This document shows, in pieces, positions 37,434 through 49,174 of a stretch of DNA of 64,000 bases. This DNA comes from Octopus sinensis (lineage: Eukaryota). The first letter of the stretch is position 1; each line of letters begins with the position of its first letter. The notes below the pieces were generated by a model that was not told where the DNA came from, made no database searches, and saw only the letters and a list, made by a program, of their open reading frames with translations. The position numbers were made by a program, and so were the translations under genes. The stretch lies in the NCBI RefSeq assembly GCF_006345805.1, contig NC_043026.1, positions 9,548,001-9,612,000 on the forward strand. Direction: 5' to 3'.

Positions 37434-37631
37434 GTATGTTCGTTGATTCCATTCGCCCTCGTTAGCAGCTGGTCCAGCAATGGAGTCACATACTACGACT
37501 TCAACGCAAAGGACTTCAATCACGTCCACTCGTTTGAGTTCTACATTGTCGTGTCCGTCGTTACGTTTGTTTCCGGAGTCATAACCTGCATCATTGTTCT
37601 GCTCGATCTGAAGATCATGCCATGCTTTGTG
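37434..37631 (+). CDS. MARVEL-like protein exon 2 (VCSLIPFALVSSWSSNGVTYYDFNAKDFNHVHSFEFYIVVSVVTFVSGVITCIIVLLDLKIMPCFV)
   Basis: tttctgcttccag| ... |gtaagt, 198 nt, GC-rich codons. Hydrophobic helix begins with FEFYIVVSV, similar to the MARVEL second helix. Confidence 0.85.
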
Positions 37632-37702
37632 GTAAGTTCTTAGGAAAATATAAAAACAACTAGCTGACCACGTGCTGTCGATAATGACGGTAAATTGTAT
37701 TA

Positions 37703-38463
37703 TGTTTATATATAAAAGTGAAGTTGTGTGAGTGTCTGTCTACTCCGATTTAGATTCCTAACTACTCCCACATTTTGCGGTGCAGTTTAACCAAAACCGG
37801 GTATCTTATAGTCGTGATTCATATCGAGCCCTTCTGAGTATTAGCGCATGTCTACGATGAGTCTACGATTTTAAAAATAATTTACCATCATTTTTTTCCA
37901 TTTTAATGCATATTTTTTTAAAGGGAAATAACTCTCTAAAAATGTCTACGATGAGTCAACGATTTTTTAAAAAAATTACCATAATTTTTTTGCTATTTTT
38001 TGGCTATAACTCTCTAAAAATGCTTATATAGTTATTTCCCTTACAAACCCGAGCAACGCCGGGCGATAGTGCTAGTCTTTATATATAAAAGTAATGTTGT
38101 GTGTCTGTCTACTCCGATTTAGATTCCTAACTATTCCCACATATTGCGGTACAGTTTAACCAAAACCGGGTATCTTATAGTCGTGATTCATATCGAGCCC
38201 TTCTGAGTATTAGCGCACATCTACGATGAGTCTACGATTTTAAAAATAATTTACCATCATTTTTTTCCATTTTAATGCATATTTTTTTAAAGGGAAGTAA
38301 CTCTAAAAATGTCTACGATGAGTCAACGATTTAAAAAAAAATTTACCATCATATTTTTTCCATTTTTAATGCATTTTTTTGCTATTTTTTGGCTATAACT
38401 CTCTAAAAATGCTTTATAGTTATTTCCCTTACAAACCCGAGCAACGCCGGGCGATACTGCTAG
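37703..38463 (+). mobile_element. two head-to-tail non-autonomous Helitrons (37703-38075, 38076-38463)
   Basis: 5' TCTTTATATATAAAAG, 3' cccgagcaacgccggg hairpin plus CTAG|T. A third 3' end lies on the minus strand at 38477 onward. Confidence 0.8.
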
Positions 38464-38904
38464 TTTTATATATAAACTAGCAGTATTGCCCGGCTCGTGC
38501 GTTCTATGCACGCTGCGAATTAAGCTAAACTTGGATGAAGTTCACTCAAAATTCAATCAAAATTTCCCGGTTTCCTTAGCGTATAGGTTCCCCACCTGGA
38601 TGGGATGCCGGTCCATTGCAGGTGAGCTGCAAGATGCAGGAGGAAAGAGTGAGAGAAAGTTGTTGCGAAAGAGTCAGCAGAAGTTTCGCCATTACCTTCT
38701 GCCGGAGCCGCGTGGAGCTTAGGTGTTTCGCTCATAAACACACACATCACCCTGTCTGAGATTCGAACCCGCGATCCCTCAACCGCGAGTCCGCTGCTCT
38801 AACCACTAGGCTGATAACTCACTGATAACACCCCTGTACATGGCTTTGATGGCTCTCCCCAGCCATTTCTCAACCCCTAACTTCTGCAGCATCCTTCAAA
38901 TGAG

Positions 38905-39800
38905 GGAGTGGAGGCTGGTCCATCGCAGGTGAGCTGCAAGATGCAGGAGGAAAGAGTGAGAGAAAGTTGTGGCGAAAGAGTCAGCAGAAGTTCGTTATTA
39001 CCTTCTGCCAGATCCGCGTGGAGCTTAGGTGTTTCGCTCATAAACATGCACATCGCCCGGTCTGAGATTCGAGCCCTTGATCCCTCGACTGCGAGTCCGC
39101 TGCTCTAACCACTAGGCCATGTGCCTCCACCAAGGTTGTGGTAAAAGAGTCAGCAGAAGTTCGTTATTACCTTCTGCCAGATCCGCGTGGAGCTTAGGTG
39201 TTTCGCTCATAAACATGCACATCGCCCGGTCTGAGATTCGAGCCCTTGATCCCTCGACTGCGAGTCCGCTGCTCTAACCACTAGGCCATGTGCCTCCACC
39301 AAGGTTGTGGTAAAAGAGTCAGCAGAAGTTCGTTATTACCTTCTGCCAGATCCGCGTGGGCTTAGGTTTGTTTCGCTCATACACATGCACATCGCCCGGC
39401 TGAGATTCGAGCCCTGATCCCTCGACTGCGAGTCCGCTGCTCTAACCACTAGGCCATGTGCCCCACCAAGGTGTGGTAAAAGAGTCAGCAGAAGTTCGTT
39501 ATACCTTCTGCCAGATCGCGTGGAGCTTAGGGTTTCGCTCATAAACATGCACATCGCCCGGTCTGAGATTCGAGCCCTTGATCCCTCGACTGCGAGTCCG
39601 CTGCTCTAACCACTAGGCCATGTGCCTCCACCAAGGTTGTGGTAAAAGAGTCAGCAGAAGTTTCGCCATTACCTTCTGCCGGAGCCGTGTGGAGCTTAGG
39701 TGTTTCGCTCATAAACACGCACATCGCCCGGTCTGATATTCGAACCCGCGATTCCTCGACTGCGAGTCCGCTGCTCTAACCACTAGGCCATGTGCCTCCA
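38905..39800 (-). mobile_element. tandem array (5 x about 169 bp) of a tRNA(Arg)-like SINE (family C)
   Basis: Minus head ggaggcacatggcctagtggttagagcagcggactcgc...ggttcgaat. Solo copies at 38560-38812(-) and 62325-62540(+). Confidence 0.85.
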
Positions 39801-39936
39801 CAAATCATGATGATGATGAGGGTGGTGGTGATGATGTTGATGATGATTGTGATAACAATGATGTTGGTGATAATGATGCTGATGATGTTGGCTAACACGA
39901 CTTACTAACCATTGGGTTATTCTTCTCTGCATACAG

Positions 39937-40074
39937 GACATAACGGTCAGTATCGTGCTGATGGTATTCTGGGTGGTTTCGGACAGCCTGTTAGTGACCA
40001 GTCTATCCAACCTCAGTGAAACTGTCGCCGTGAAGGAGGCCCGACTAGACTTCAGTCAAATTGAAGGAGCTATT
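39937..40074 (+). CDS. MARVEL-like protein exon 3 (DITVSIVLMVFWVVSDSLLVTSLSNLSETVAVKEARLDFSQIEGAI)
   Basis: TACTAAC branch point at about 39903, atacag| ... |gtaagt, 138 nt, phase 0. D...hhhhFW helix-3 pattern. Confidence 0.85.
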
Positions 40075-40747
40075 GTAAGTATTACTACAGCTGTTGTTTT
40101 TGGTGGTGGTGGTGGTGGTGGTGGTGGTGGTGGTAGTGTTTGTGGTGGTGGTGGTAGTGGTGTGGTGTGGTGGTGGTTGTGGTGGTGGTGGTAGTGGTGG
40201 TTGTGGTGGTGGTTGTGGTGGTGGTAGTGGTGGTGGTGGTGGTTGAGGTAGTGGTGGTAGTGGTTGTGGTGGTTGTGGTGGTGGTGGTTGTGGTGGTGGT
40301 GGTGGTGGTTGTTGTGGTGGTAGTGGTGGTGGTGGTAGTGGTGGTGGTAGTTGTGGTGTTGGTGGTGGTTGTGGTGGTGGGTTGAGGTGGTGGTTGTGGT
40401 GGTGGTGGTGGTTGAGGTGGTGGTGTTGGTGGTGGTTGAGGTGATGGTGGTGGTGGTTGTGGTGGTTGTGGTAGTGGTGGTGGTTGTGGTGGTGGTCGTG
40501 GTTGTGGTGGTCATGTTGGTGTTGTCGTCGTCGTCGTCGTTGTTGTTGTTGTTATTGTTGTAGTGTCTTGTGTACGATTTGAAACCGCATCTGGTAGTGG
40601 GGCCTTAGTTTCGGGAGTGCCAGGGTTACGAGTCTGGAACTGCCTCTTGGCCATGCTTGTCCCCAGGTCCGCCCTGCTGTGGTCCCCCCGCCTTATGTGT
40701 CGATTAGCATAATTAACGATTTCGTCTCTCTCTGCCTCGTTTTCCAG

Positions 40748-40894
40748 GCTGTCGGATTCTTGTGCGCCGTTTTGCTGTTTGGTTTCGTCTGGTTCACCTT
40801 CTGTAGCCACCGACGGGAACAGGAAAGGGGAGAGCCCTCCATCACGGGCCGCAGTCCCCTCGTCACAGACATCCCCATCGATATCCTCTCGTGA
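40748..40894 (+). CDS. MARVEL-like protein exon 4 (AVGFLCAVLLFGFVWFTFCSHRREQERGEPSITGRSPLVTDIPIDILS*)
   Basis: cgttttccag| acceptor, A-x-GF fourth helix, basic stop-transfer segment, TGA at 40892-40894. The spliced ORF is 181 aa. Confidence 0.85.
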   Translation, partial: AVGFLCAVLLFGFVWFTFCSHRREQERGEPSITGRSPLVTDIPIDILS

Positions 40895-40924
40895 TGCAGG
40901 TACAGATATGCAACACCACAACAT

Positions 40925-40960
<36 letters not shown>

Positions 40961-40962
40961 CC

Positions 40963-41006
<44 letters not shown>

Positions 41007-41135
41007 TATATATATATATATATATGTGTATATATTTATTATTTCACACTGGGCATCTCACATCATGGACCTATCTATTATCTATGTATGCATGTATCTA
41101 TGTATGTATGTATATATGTATGTATATAAGATGTA

Positions 41136-41166
<31 letters not shown>

Positions 41167-41681
41167 ATTTGTATGTATGTATGTAATTATAGATACAAAA
41201 AGATCCTTTTGATGAGTACTTTAAATGCATGTATGTATGCATACATACATACATTCATGCATTTAAAGTACTCATCAAAAGGCTCTTTTTTGTATCTATA
41301 ACTCTACAAAAACAATAGAATATATAGCTTGATATATAGAGAAAACCATAAGGTGTGTATAAAGTTATAAATGACAATAGAAATATAGTATGATGAAAAT
41401 TATTTAGATTCACTTCAACATTTAAATATAATTTGTCAAAATATTTTCGTCGCTTTCAGACCGCGACCTGTTCACTGACAAAGCTACGAAGCTTTGTTAG
41501 TGAACAGGTCGCGGTCTCAAAGCAACGAAAATATTTTGACAAATAAAATTTAAAAGTTGAAGTGAATCTAACGGTTTTTGTGTGTTTCTTAAATGGCTTA
41601 TAAACACCTTCCACGCTGCAATTGTTTTCGTTCCAGCACACGATCTCAGATCAAATCACTTGCTATGCGAGTACATCTCCG

Positions 41682-41722
<41 letters not shown>

Positions 41723-42789
41723 TAAACATATGATCACTATCCATACACATATGAGAGAGAGAGAGTGCAAGTTAGTTAAAGAATCCTATAGCAGACCTCT
41801 CGGTGTCATATTATTTGTTAATTCACTCACATCATACCATCGTATCGACTGCCTGGTTGGCTTGCTGCACGGATGGTTGTGTGTGCATTTGGTGCTTGTC
41901 AATTAATTCTTCTCTTAATCGGTTGTGTACTGTACCATACCATCCTGATGGTATCATAGCAAGATGTTAGCATCATAACCTATAGGTTTATTATTATTAC
42001 AAAGAATGGTCTAAACTGTATATCATACCACTGAGATGGTATAGCCGTGTTATATATTGATATGCTTTTTTATTATTATATGTGATGGTATGATGTAACT
42101 ATGTGGCAGTATGTTAAAATTGATTACAGTTATATCATACCATCGGTGGTATGTTGGTATATTTGTTTGTTTACTCTTCTTAAATGGCTGTATACCATAC
42201 CATTATGATGGTATTGGTGTTTATTCTTTGAACTAATTGCATCCCTTGCTTGCCATACCATGTGCTGACTGTGATCTCTGGAGTGATAACCGTTATGTAA
42301 AACAGTGCCATACCACTGTAATGGTATATGTCATATGTTGTCCATATTGACTGCCTCTTATACATTCCATAATTATTGACTATTCTCCTTTGCTTACCAT
42401 TAGAATGGTATATTTATTTCATACAAATTGTGATCTCTGGAATCATACCATTGTGACTGCTACAATAGTCACTCCATACCATCATTCAATCATTTATACA
42501 ATTGTCTTTAGCTTACCATTAAAATGGTATTTGTATCTTATGCTAAATGTGTTCTTTGGAACCTTACCATTTCGGTGGTATAATCAACATTTGTCTCTAC
42601 TGACTGCTGCAATATGCACTTCATACTACCATTAAATAGAATTGTCTTTAACATGCCATTAGAATGGTATTTGTATTTCTGGGACCATACCATTGCAGTG
42701 GTGTAATCAACATTTTGCTACAATAGTGATTGCTACAATAGTCACTCCATACCATCATACGATCTTTATGTACAATTGTCTTTAGCTTA

Positions 42790-43390
42790 CCATTAGAATG
42801 GTATTTGTACCATATGTTAATTGCAATCTCTGGAACCATACCATTGTGGTGGTAGAATCAACATTTGGCTCTGCTGACTGCTACAATAATCATTATATAC
42901 AATTAATTTTTCTTACCACTAAAATGGTATATGTATCCTATATTAATTATGATCTCTGGAACCATACCATTGTGGTGGTAGAATCAACATTTGGCTCTGC
43001 TGACTGCTACAATAATCATTATATACAATTAATTTTTCTTACCACTAAAATGGTATATGTATCCTATATTAATTATGATCTCTGGAACCATACCATTGTG
43101 GTGGTAGAATCAACATTTGGCTCTGCTGACTGCTACAATAATCATTATATACAATTAATTTTTCTTACCACTAAAATGGTATATGTATCCTATATTAATT
43201 ATGATCTCTGGAACCATACCATTTCAGTGGTGTCATCAAAATTTGTCTCTGCTGACTGCTGCAGTATGAATTTCATGCTATCATTATACACACTTGTTTT
43301 TTCTTTTTTTTTGTTTTTTTTTGCCTTACCATTAAAATGGTATTTGCATCTTACATTGATTGCCATCTCTGGAATCATGCCATTGTAATG
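42790..43390. repeat. 126-bp tandem repeat (3 near-identical units in a diverged ataccat-rich zone, about 41900-43450)
   Basis: tggaaccata recurs at 42831, 42957, 43083. Confidence 0.88.
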
Positions 43391-44046
43391 ATATCATCAT
43401 ACCATTATTATTTTACAACTGTTTTTTGCTTACAACGAGAATGGCACATGTCATCACCATCACCATCATCGTCATCATCACCATCACCATCAGCTGCTGG
43501 ACATTACTCTCTCGAGTCCTTTGGTTCACGGGGCCGGTTTCTATAGCATACCAGTGACCAAGATGACTACATACCCCCTGGACAGGACACCAGTCCATCA
43601 CAGGTTAACTCACTCAAAGCTGCATGGACTGGATCAACATGTATTATAGTGTTTTGCTCAAGAAAACAATGTACTGCCCAGTTCAAGAATTGAAACCACG
43701 ATTTTGTGGTCATGATTGCAACATGCTGACCATTCAGTCACATGCCTTCACTACCCTCTGGGCTGGTTTCCCATCTTCTATGATCTGTGAGTGACCAAGA
43801 TCACACGTTCGTCCTAAATGAAGGGCTAGTCTGTCACAGGGTTAGCCATTCGCGGCTGAGTGGATGGGACTATGTGAAATGGAGTATCTTGCTCAAGAAC
43901 AGATAGATAGATGGATAGATAGACTGCTGGAGAGATAGGTAGATAAATAGACAGACAGATACATACATACATACATACATAGACAGACAAATAGATAGAT
44001 AAACAGGTAGATAGATTGATAGATAGATAGACAGACAGACAGACAG

Positions 44047-44099
<53 letters not shown>

Positions 44100-44128
44100 T
44101 ATAGATAGATAAATAGATAGATAGATAA

Positions 44129-44173
<45 letters not shown>

Positions 44174-44274
44174 AAGAGAGATAGATAGATAGAAAGAGAG
44201 ATAGACAGATAGACAGACAGATAGATAGATAGATAGATAGATAGACTGGTAGATAGATAGATAGATAGACAGAC

Positions 44275-44305
<31 letters not shown>

Positions 44306-44404
44306 TAGATGGAAAACTATATATAATATATAATATATATATATATATATACAGAGATAGATAGATAGACACACAGATAGATAGATAGACAGATAGCAAG
44401 ATAT

Positions 44405-44557
44405 GTTTCTTTATTAGCCACACAGGGCTGCACACAGATAGAACAAATTACAAGGTAGAGCTTTTCTTTTGAAGGTTTAAAAAAAAAAAAAAAAAAAAGG
44501 GGGGAGTTTCGATCAAAAGGGATCGTAAAAGGAGAGAAAGAGGACAAAAAAGGGGGG

Positions 44558-44588
<31 letters not shown>

Positions 44589-45566
44589 AGAGGAAAAAAA
44601 AATTGATCAATAGGGATCGTTATCACAGAAATGTCAATATGAAGTGTAAAGGGGGAGGACAGGTGAGGTTTACCCGTGGAAAGAAAAGCCTACGGAAAAG
44701 ACCACGGTAACCTCGGTCAATGAAGTCACATTTTATTTTCTTTTTTTTTTTTTTTTTTTTTGCAAATAAGCAACTCTCTGTTTTCGATTTCTGGGTTCAT
44801 AGGACTATGCTCAAGGTGGCTTCGTCATTCATACGTGCCATTCTTGCTACATTCACCCATTTTTTTAAAAACATTCGCTAGACAAAACTTGCCTCTCTAC
44901 TCTCACTTCCTTTTCAAGTGGTACTTGAAGAAGTTGATGAGAGATTGACCAGAGAGGAAAGTGTTTGTCTCCAATCCTTTCAGACGCGTCCACCAGATAC
45001 ATTCTTTCGCCATAGCCCAAGGATGATGAAAATAGCTCTTCCTTCCCGTTTGAAGGAAGGAGGCGTGACAATATTGACGATAGACTCAGCTGATAAACCG
45101 ACTCGTCCCACACGTGACAGCAGTTGTTCGACATAAGCCCACAGGTCGGAAATTGTTGGACACTGAACGAGTGCGTGCAGAACGGTTTCGTCGCTCTGAC
45201 CGCATCTCGGGCAGGTCGGCCCCGTGTTTCTCGAGCCGTGTCTGTAGAGCTTACCCGAACGGGTAGCGCTTCTCGGTAGCATTGCCAGGCCAGGGATCTC
45301 TGGAAGTTGTCCATGGGCCCTGGCCCGAAAGTCGTCCCGAACAGGCGGGTCAGGTACTCCTCGTCGACGTCCAGGTTCGCCCCGAGCTCGTCGTCGTACC
45401 TCCCCCTCACTAAACCCCTATAGAATGCTTTGGTTGTGTTGAAGTCACTTAAGGTCGACCCAGGACGGCAGAGTTGCTTGAGAGCAACGCGACACTCGCG
45501 GTGCCATTCGCCCTTCCTCGGCCTCTTTTTGATCCACGACTGCAGTTCGGTCATGGAGACGAGCTG
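44405..45566 (-). mobile_element. 5'-truncated L1-clade (Tx1-like) LINE inserted in (GATA)n
   Basis: Frameshifted ORF2 C-terminus with CPRCGQSDETVLHALVQC zinc knuckle and RSLAWQCYR (zf-RVT-like). AATAAA on the minus strand at 44410-44415. Confidence 0.82.
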
Positions 45567-45584
45567 GATGGATAGATAGACTGG

Positions 45585-45616
<32 letters not shown>

Positions 45617-45625
45617 TAGATAGAA

Positions 45626-45662
<37 letters not shown>

Positions 45663-46261
45663 GATAGATAGATATATACAGAGAGATTGATAGATAGACA
45701 GACAGATAGATAGATTGAATGTTAGACTATATCCACCAAACCATCATACCAGCTACATTTACCAATGATTTATTTACCACCACACTGATACATACTACAT
45801 ATCGATTGTGTTCTATGGAGCCATACCACTGTAATGGTATTTAAATATATATTGTCTATTGAATTACTGGTGTTAGGTTCACATGAAACCATGGTACCAT
45901 TAAGCTATCATTTTTACGATTGTCCTTTGCTTACCATTTCTTCATTGGTTTGTGCCATATATGGAATGGTATCGATTATCTGCTACTACAGTATGTATGT
46001 GTGTGTGTGTGTATATATATGTATACGTATTTGATATATAGTTGGAATTTACAAAAAGATCAAAAAAGACGAAGACAGGTGTATAAACAACAAACAGGTG
46101 TATTAATTTAATGCTCGAGAAGTGAGAAAGTCTTTTACGTTTCGAGCCTTTGCTCTTCAACAGAAAGGAACACGAGGAAATAAACAGATAAGGAATATAT
46201 GTACGTACATATATATATATGTACATCAGCATGGCCGCAGCTCTGAGCTGAAACTAGAAGA

Positions 46262-46324
<63 letters not shown>

Positions 46325-46526
46325 CATACATACATATGAGTCTAGGACATTTACCCCTCCCCCCTCCATGAATAATACCCTCCCCCAAGGACAATGACCT
46401 CTGAGAACAACAGATAATGATTTAAAACTTCTTAATATATTGGGAAGGGGTAATTGTCATCGGGGAGAATTGTCCTATGGGGGGGGGGTAAATGTCTTGA
46501 TACCATATACACACACACATATACAC

Positions 46527-46571
<45 letters not shown>

Positions 46572-46995
46572 ATATATAAAGTTAATCCAAACAAGAAAGC
46601 ACAAAAAAAACACACACAACAACGCGAGGACGTGGAACAAATATAGTATTATGGACGCTCAGGAAGGAGGGTTTAACGTTTCGAGCGGAGCTCTTCGTCG
46701 GAAACATAGGAGAAGGAAAGATCCAGAGAAGGGAAGACGGAGGGAAAAAAATTGCCAATGGTACACACGCGGTCACATTTTGAATGTGTATATATATATA
46801 TATTATATATACACTGTATTTTAATGTGTATAAGGAACCCTTTTTGTTTAAAATTTGGTTTAAAAAATATGGGACTTTCTTATATAAGGACAGTATCATA
46901 ATCCCTTACAAAACCTTTTTTCCACATTGTAAGCCCCACAAATTAGGGGATTCCTTATACACGAGGATTCCTTATGCATGTTAAAATATGATATA

Positions 46996-48783
46996 TGTAA
47001 TACCTCAATTTCGCAAATTATGGATTTTACAGGTAAGATAGAACCGCTGTTTTGGGATTCATCTTTGAAAGATATTCCTATTCCTTCTAGAAAGGAATTT
47101 ATCTTGAAACTTAAATTTTATGTATTGATTAAGTCTTTCCTTGTTTGTTTTGCAAAATAGTGGTTTTGTCTCAAATAATATTTTATAATATTTTACTATA
47201 AAATTGGATTTAATCCTAATCTGATTTTTTTTCCCTGTAAATTTGGATATATTCCCTATATTTATTATTTTATCATATTGATAATTTTGTATATTGAGTG
47301 TAATACCTCAATTTCGCAAATTATGGATTTTACAGGTAAGATAGAACCGCTGTTTTGGGATTCATCTTTGAAGATATTCCTATTCCTTCTAGAAAGGAAT
47401 TTATCTTGAAACTTAAATTTTATGTATTGATTAAGTCTTTCCTTGTTTGTTTTGCAAAATAGTGGTTTTGTCTCAAATAATATTTTATAATATTTTACTA
47501 TAAAATTGGATTTAATCCTAAATCTGATTTTTTTTTCCCTGTAAATTTGGATATATTCCCTAATATTTATTATTTATATAATATTGATAATTTTGTATAT
47601 TGAGTGTAATACCTCAATTTCGCAAATTATGGATTTTACAGGTAAGATAGAACCGCTGTTTTGGGATTCATCTTTGAAAGATATTCCTATTCCTTCTAGA
47701 AAGGAATTTATCTTGAAACTTAAATTTTATGTATTGATTAAGTCTTTCCTTGTTTGTTTTGCAAAATAGTGGTTTTGTCTCAAATAATATTTTATAATAT
47801 TTTACTATAAAATTGGATTTAATCCTAAATCTGATTTTTTTTTCCCTGTAAATTTGGATATATTCCCTAATATTTATTATTTATATAATATTGATAATTT
47901 TGTATATTGAGTGTAATACCTCAATTTCGCAAATTATGGATTTTACAGGTAAGATAGAACCGCTGTTTTGGGATTCATCTTTGAAAGATATCCTATTCCT
48001 TCTAGAAAGGAATTTATCTTGAAACTTAAATTTTATGTATGATTAAGTCTTTCCTTGTTTGTTTTGCAAAATAGTGGTTTTGTCTCAAATAATATTTTAT
48101 AATATTTTACTATAAAATTGGATTTAATCCTAAATCTGATTTTTTTTTCCCTGTAAATTTGGATATATTCCCTAATATTTATTATTTATATAATATTGAT
48201 AATTTTGTATATTGAGTGTAATACCTCAATTTCGCAAATTATGGATTTTACAGGTAAGATAGAACCGCTGTTTTGGGATTCATCTTTGAAAGATATCCTA
48301 TTCCTTCTAGAAAGGAATTTATCTTGAAACTTAAATTTTATGTATTGATTAAGTCTTTCCTTGTTTGTTTTGCAAAATAGTGGTTTTGTCTCAAATAATA
48401 TTTTATAATATTTTACTATAAAATTGGATTTAATCCTAAATCTGATTTTTTTTTCCCTGTAAATTTGGATATATTCCCTAATATTTATTATTTATATAAT
48501 ATTGATAATTTTGTATATTGAGTGTAATACCTCAATTTCGCAAATTATGGATTTTACAGGTAAGATAGAACCGCTGTTTTGGGATTCATCTTTGAAAGAT
48601 ATTCCTATTCCTTCTAGAAAGGAATTTATCTTGAAACTTGTTGATTAAGTCTTTCCTTGTTTGTTTTGCAAAATAGTGGTTTTGTCTCAAATAATATTTT
48701 ATAATATTTTACTATAAAATTGGATTTAATCCTAAATCTGATTTTTTTTCCCTGTAAATTTGGATATATTCCCTAATATTTAT

Positions 48784-48790
<7 letters not shown>
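46996..48790. repeat. about 306-bp tandem repeat, 6 copies
   Basis: tgtaatacctcaa at 46996, 47299, 47605, 47912, 48217, 48523. Confidence 0.95.
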
Positions 48791-48830
<40 letters not shown>

Positions 48831-49107
48831 CAAAGAGCAATAAAGATTCAAGTTAATTTAAATGAATTTACTTGAATATGGTACCTAACTTAGATGCACC
48901 AAAAAAAACTATACTGATTTAACAATACAGTAATGTGGGGTGATTATAAGCGAGAAAGAAGCAACAAGAATGGATAGGTTTTTAGTACGATCGTTTCATA
49001 CAAGGACAGGTTTTATTAAAAGTTGCAACTTTGCAACTTTTAATAAAACCTGTCCTTGTATGAAACGATCGTACTAAAAACCTATCCATTCTTGTTGCTT
49101 CTTTCTC

Positions 49108-49174
<67 letters not shown>

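Noticed and set aside
40511-40971. Antisense ORFs over MARVEL exon 4
   Set aside because: Shadow frames of a GC-rich exon that run into microsatellite.
42798-43388. 196-aa ORF with 42-aa repeats
   Set aside because: It follows from a 126-bp unit lacking stops in one of six frames. There is no recognisable domain or exon boundary, and neighbouring monomers are disrupted.
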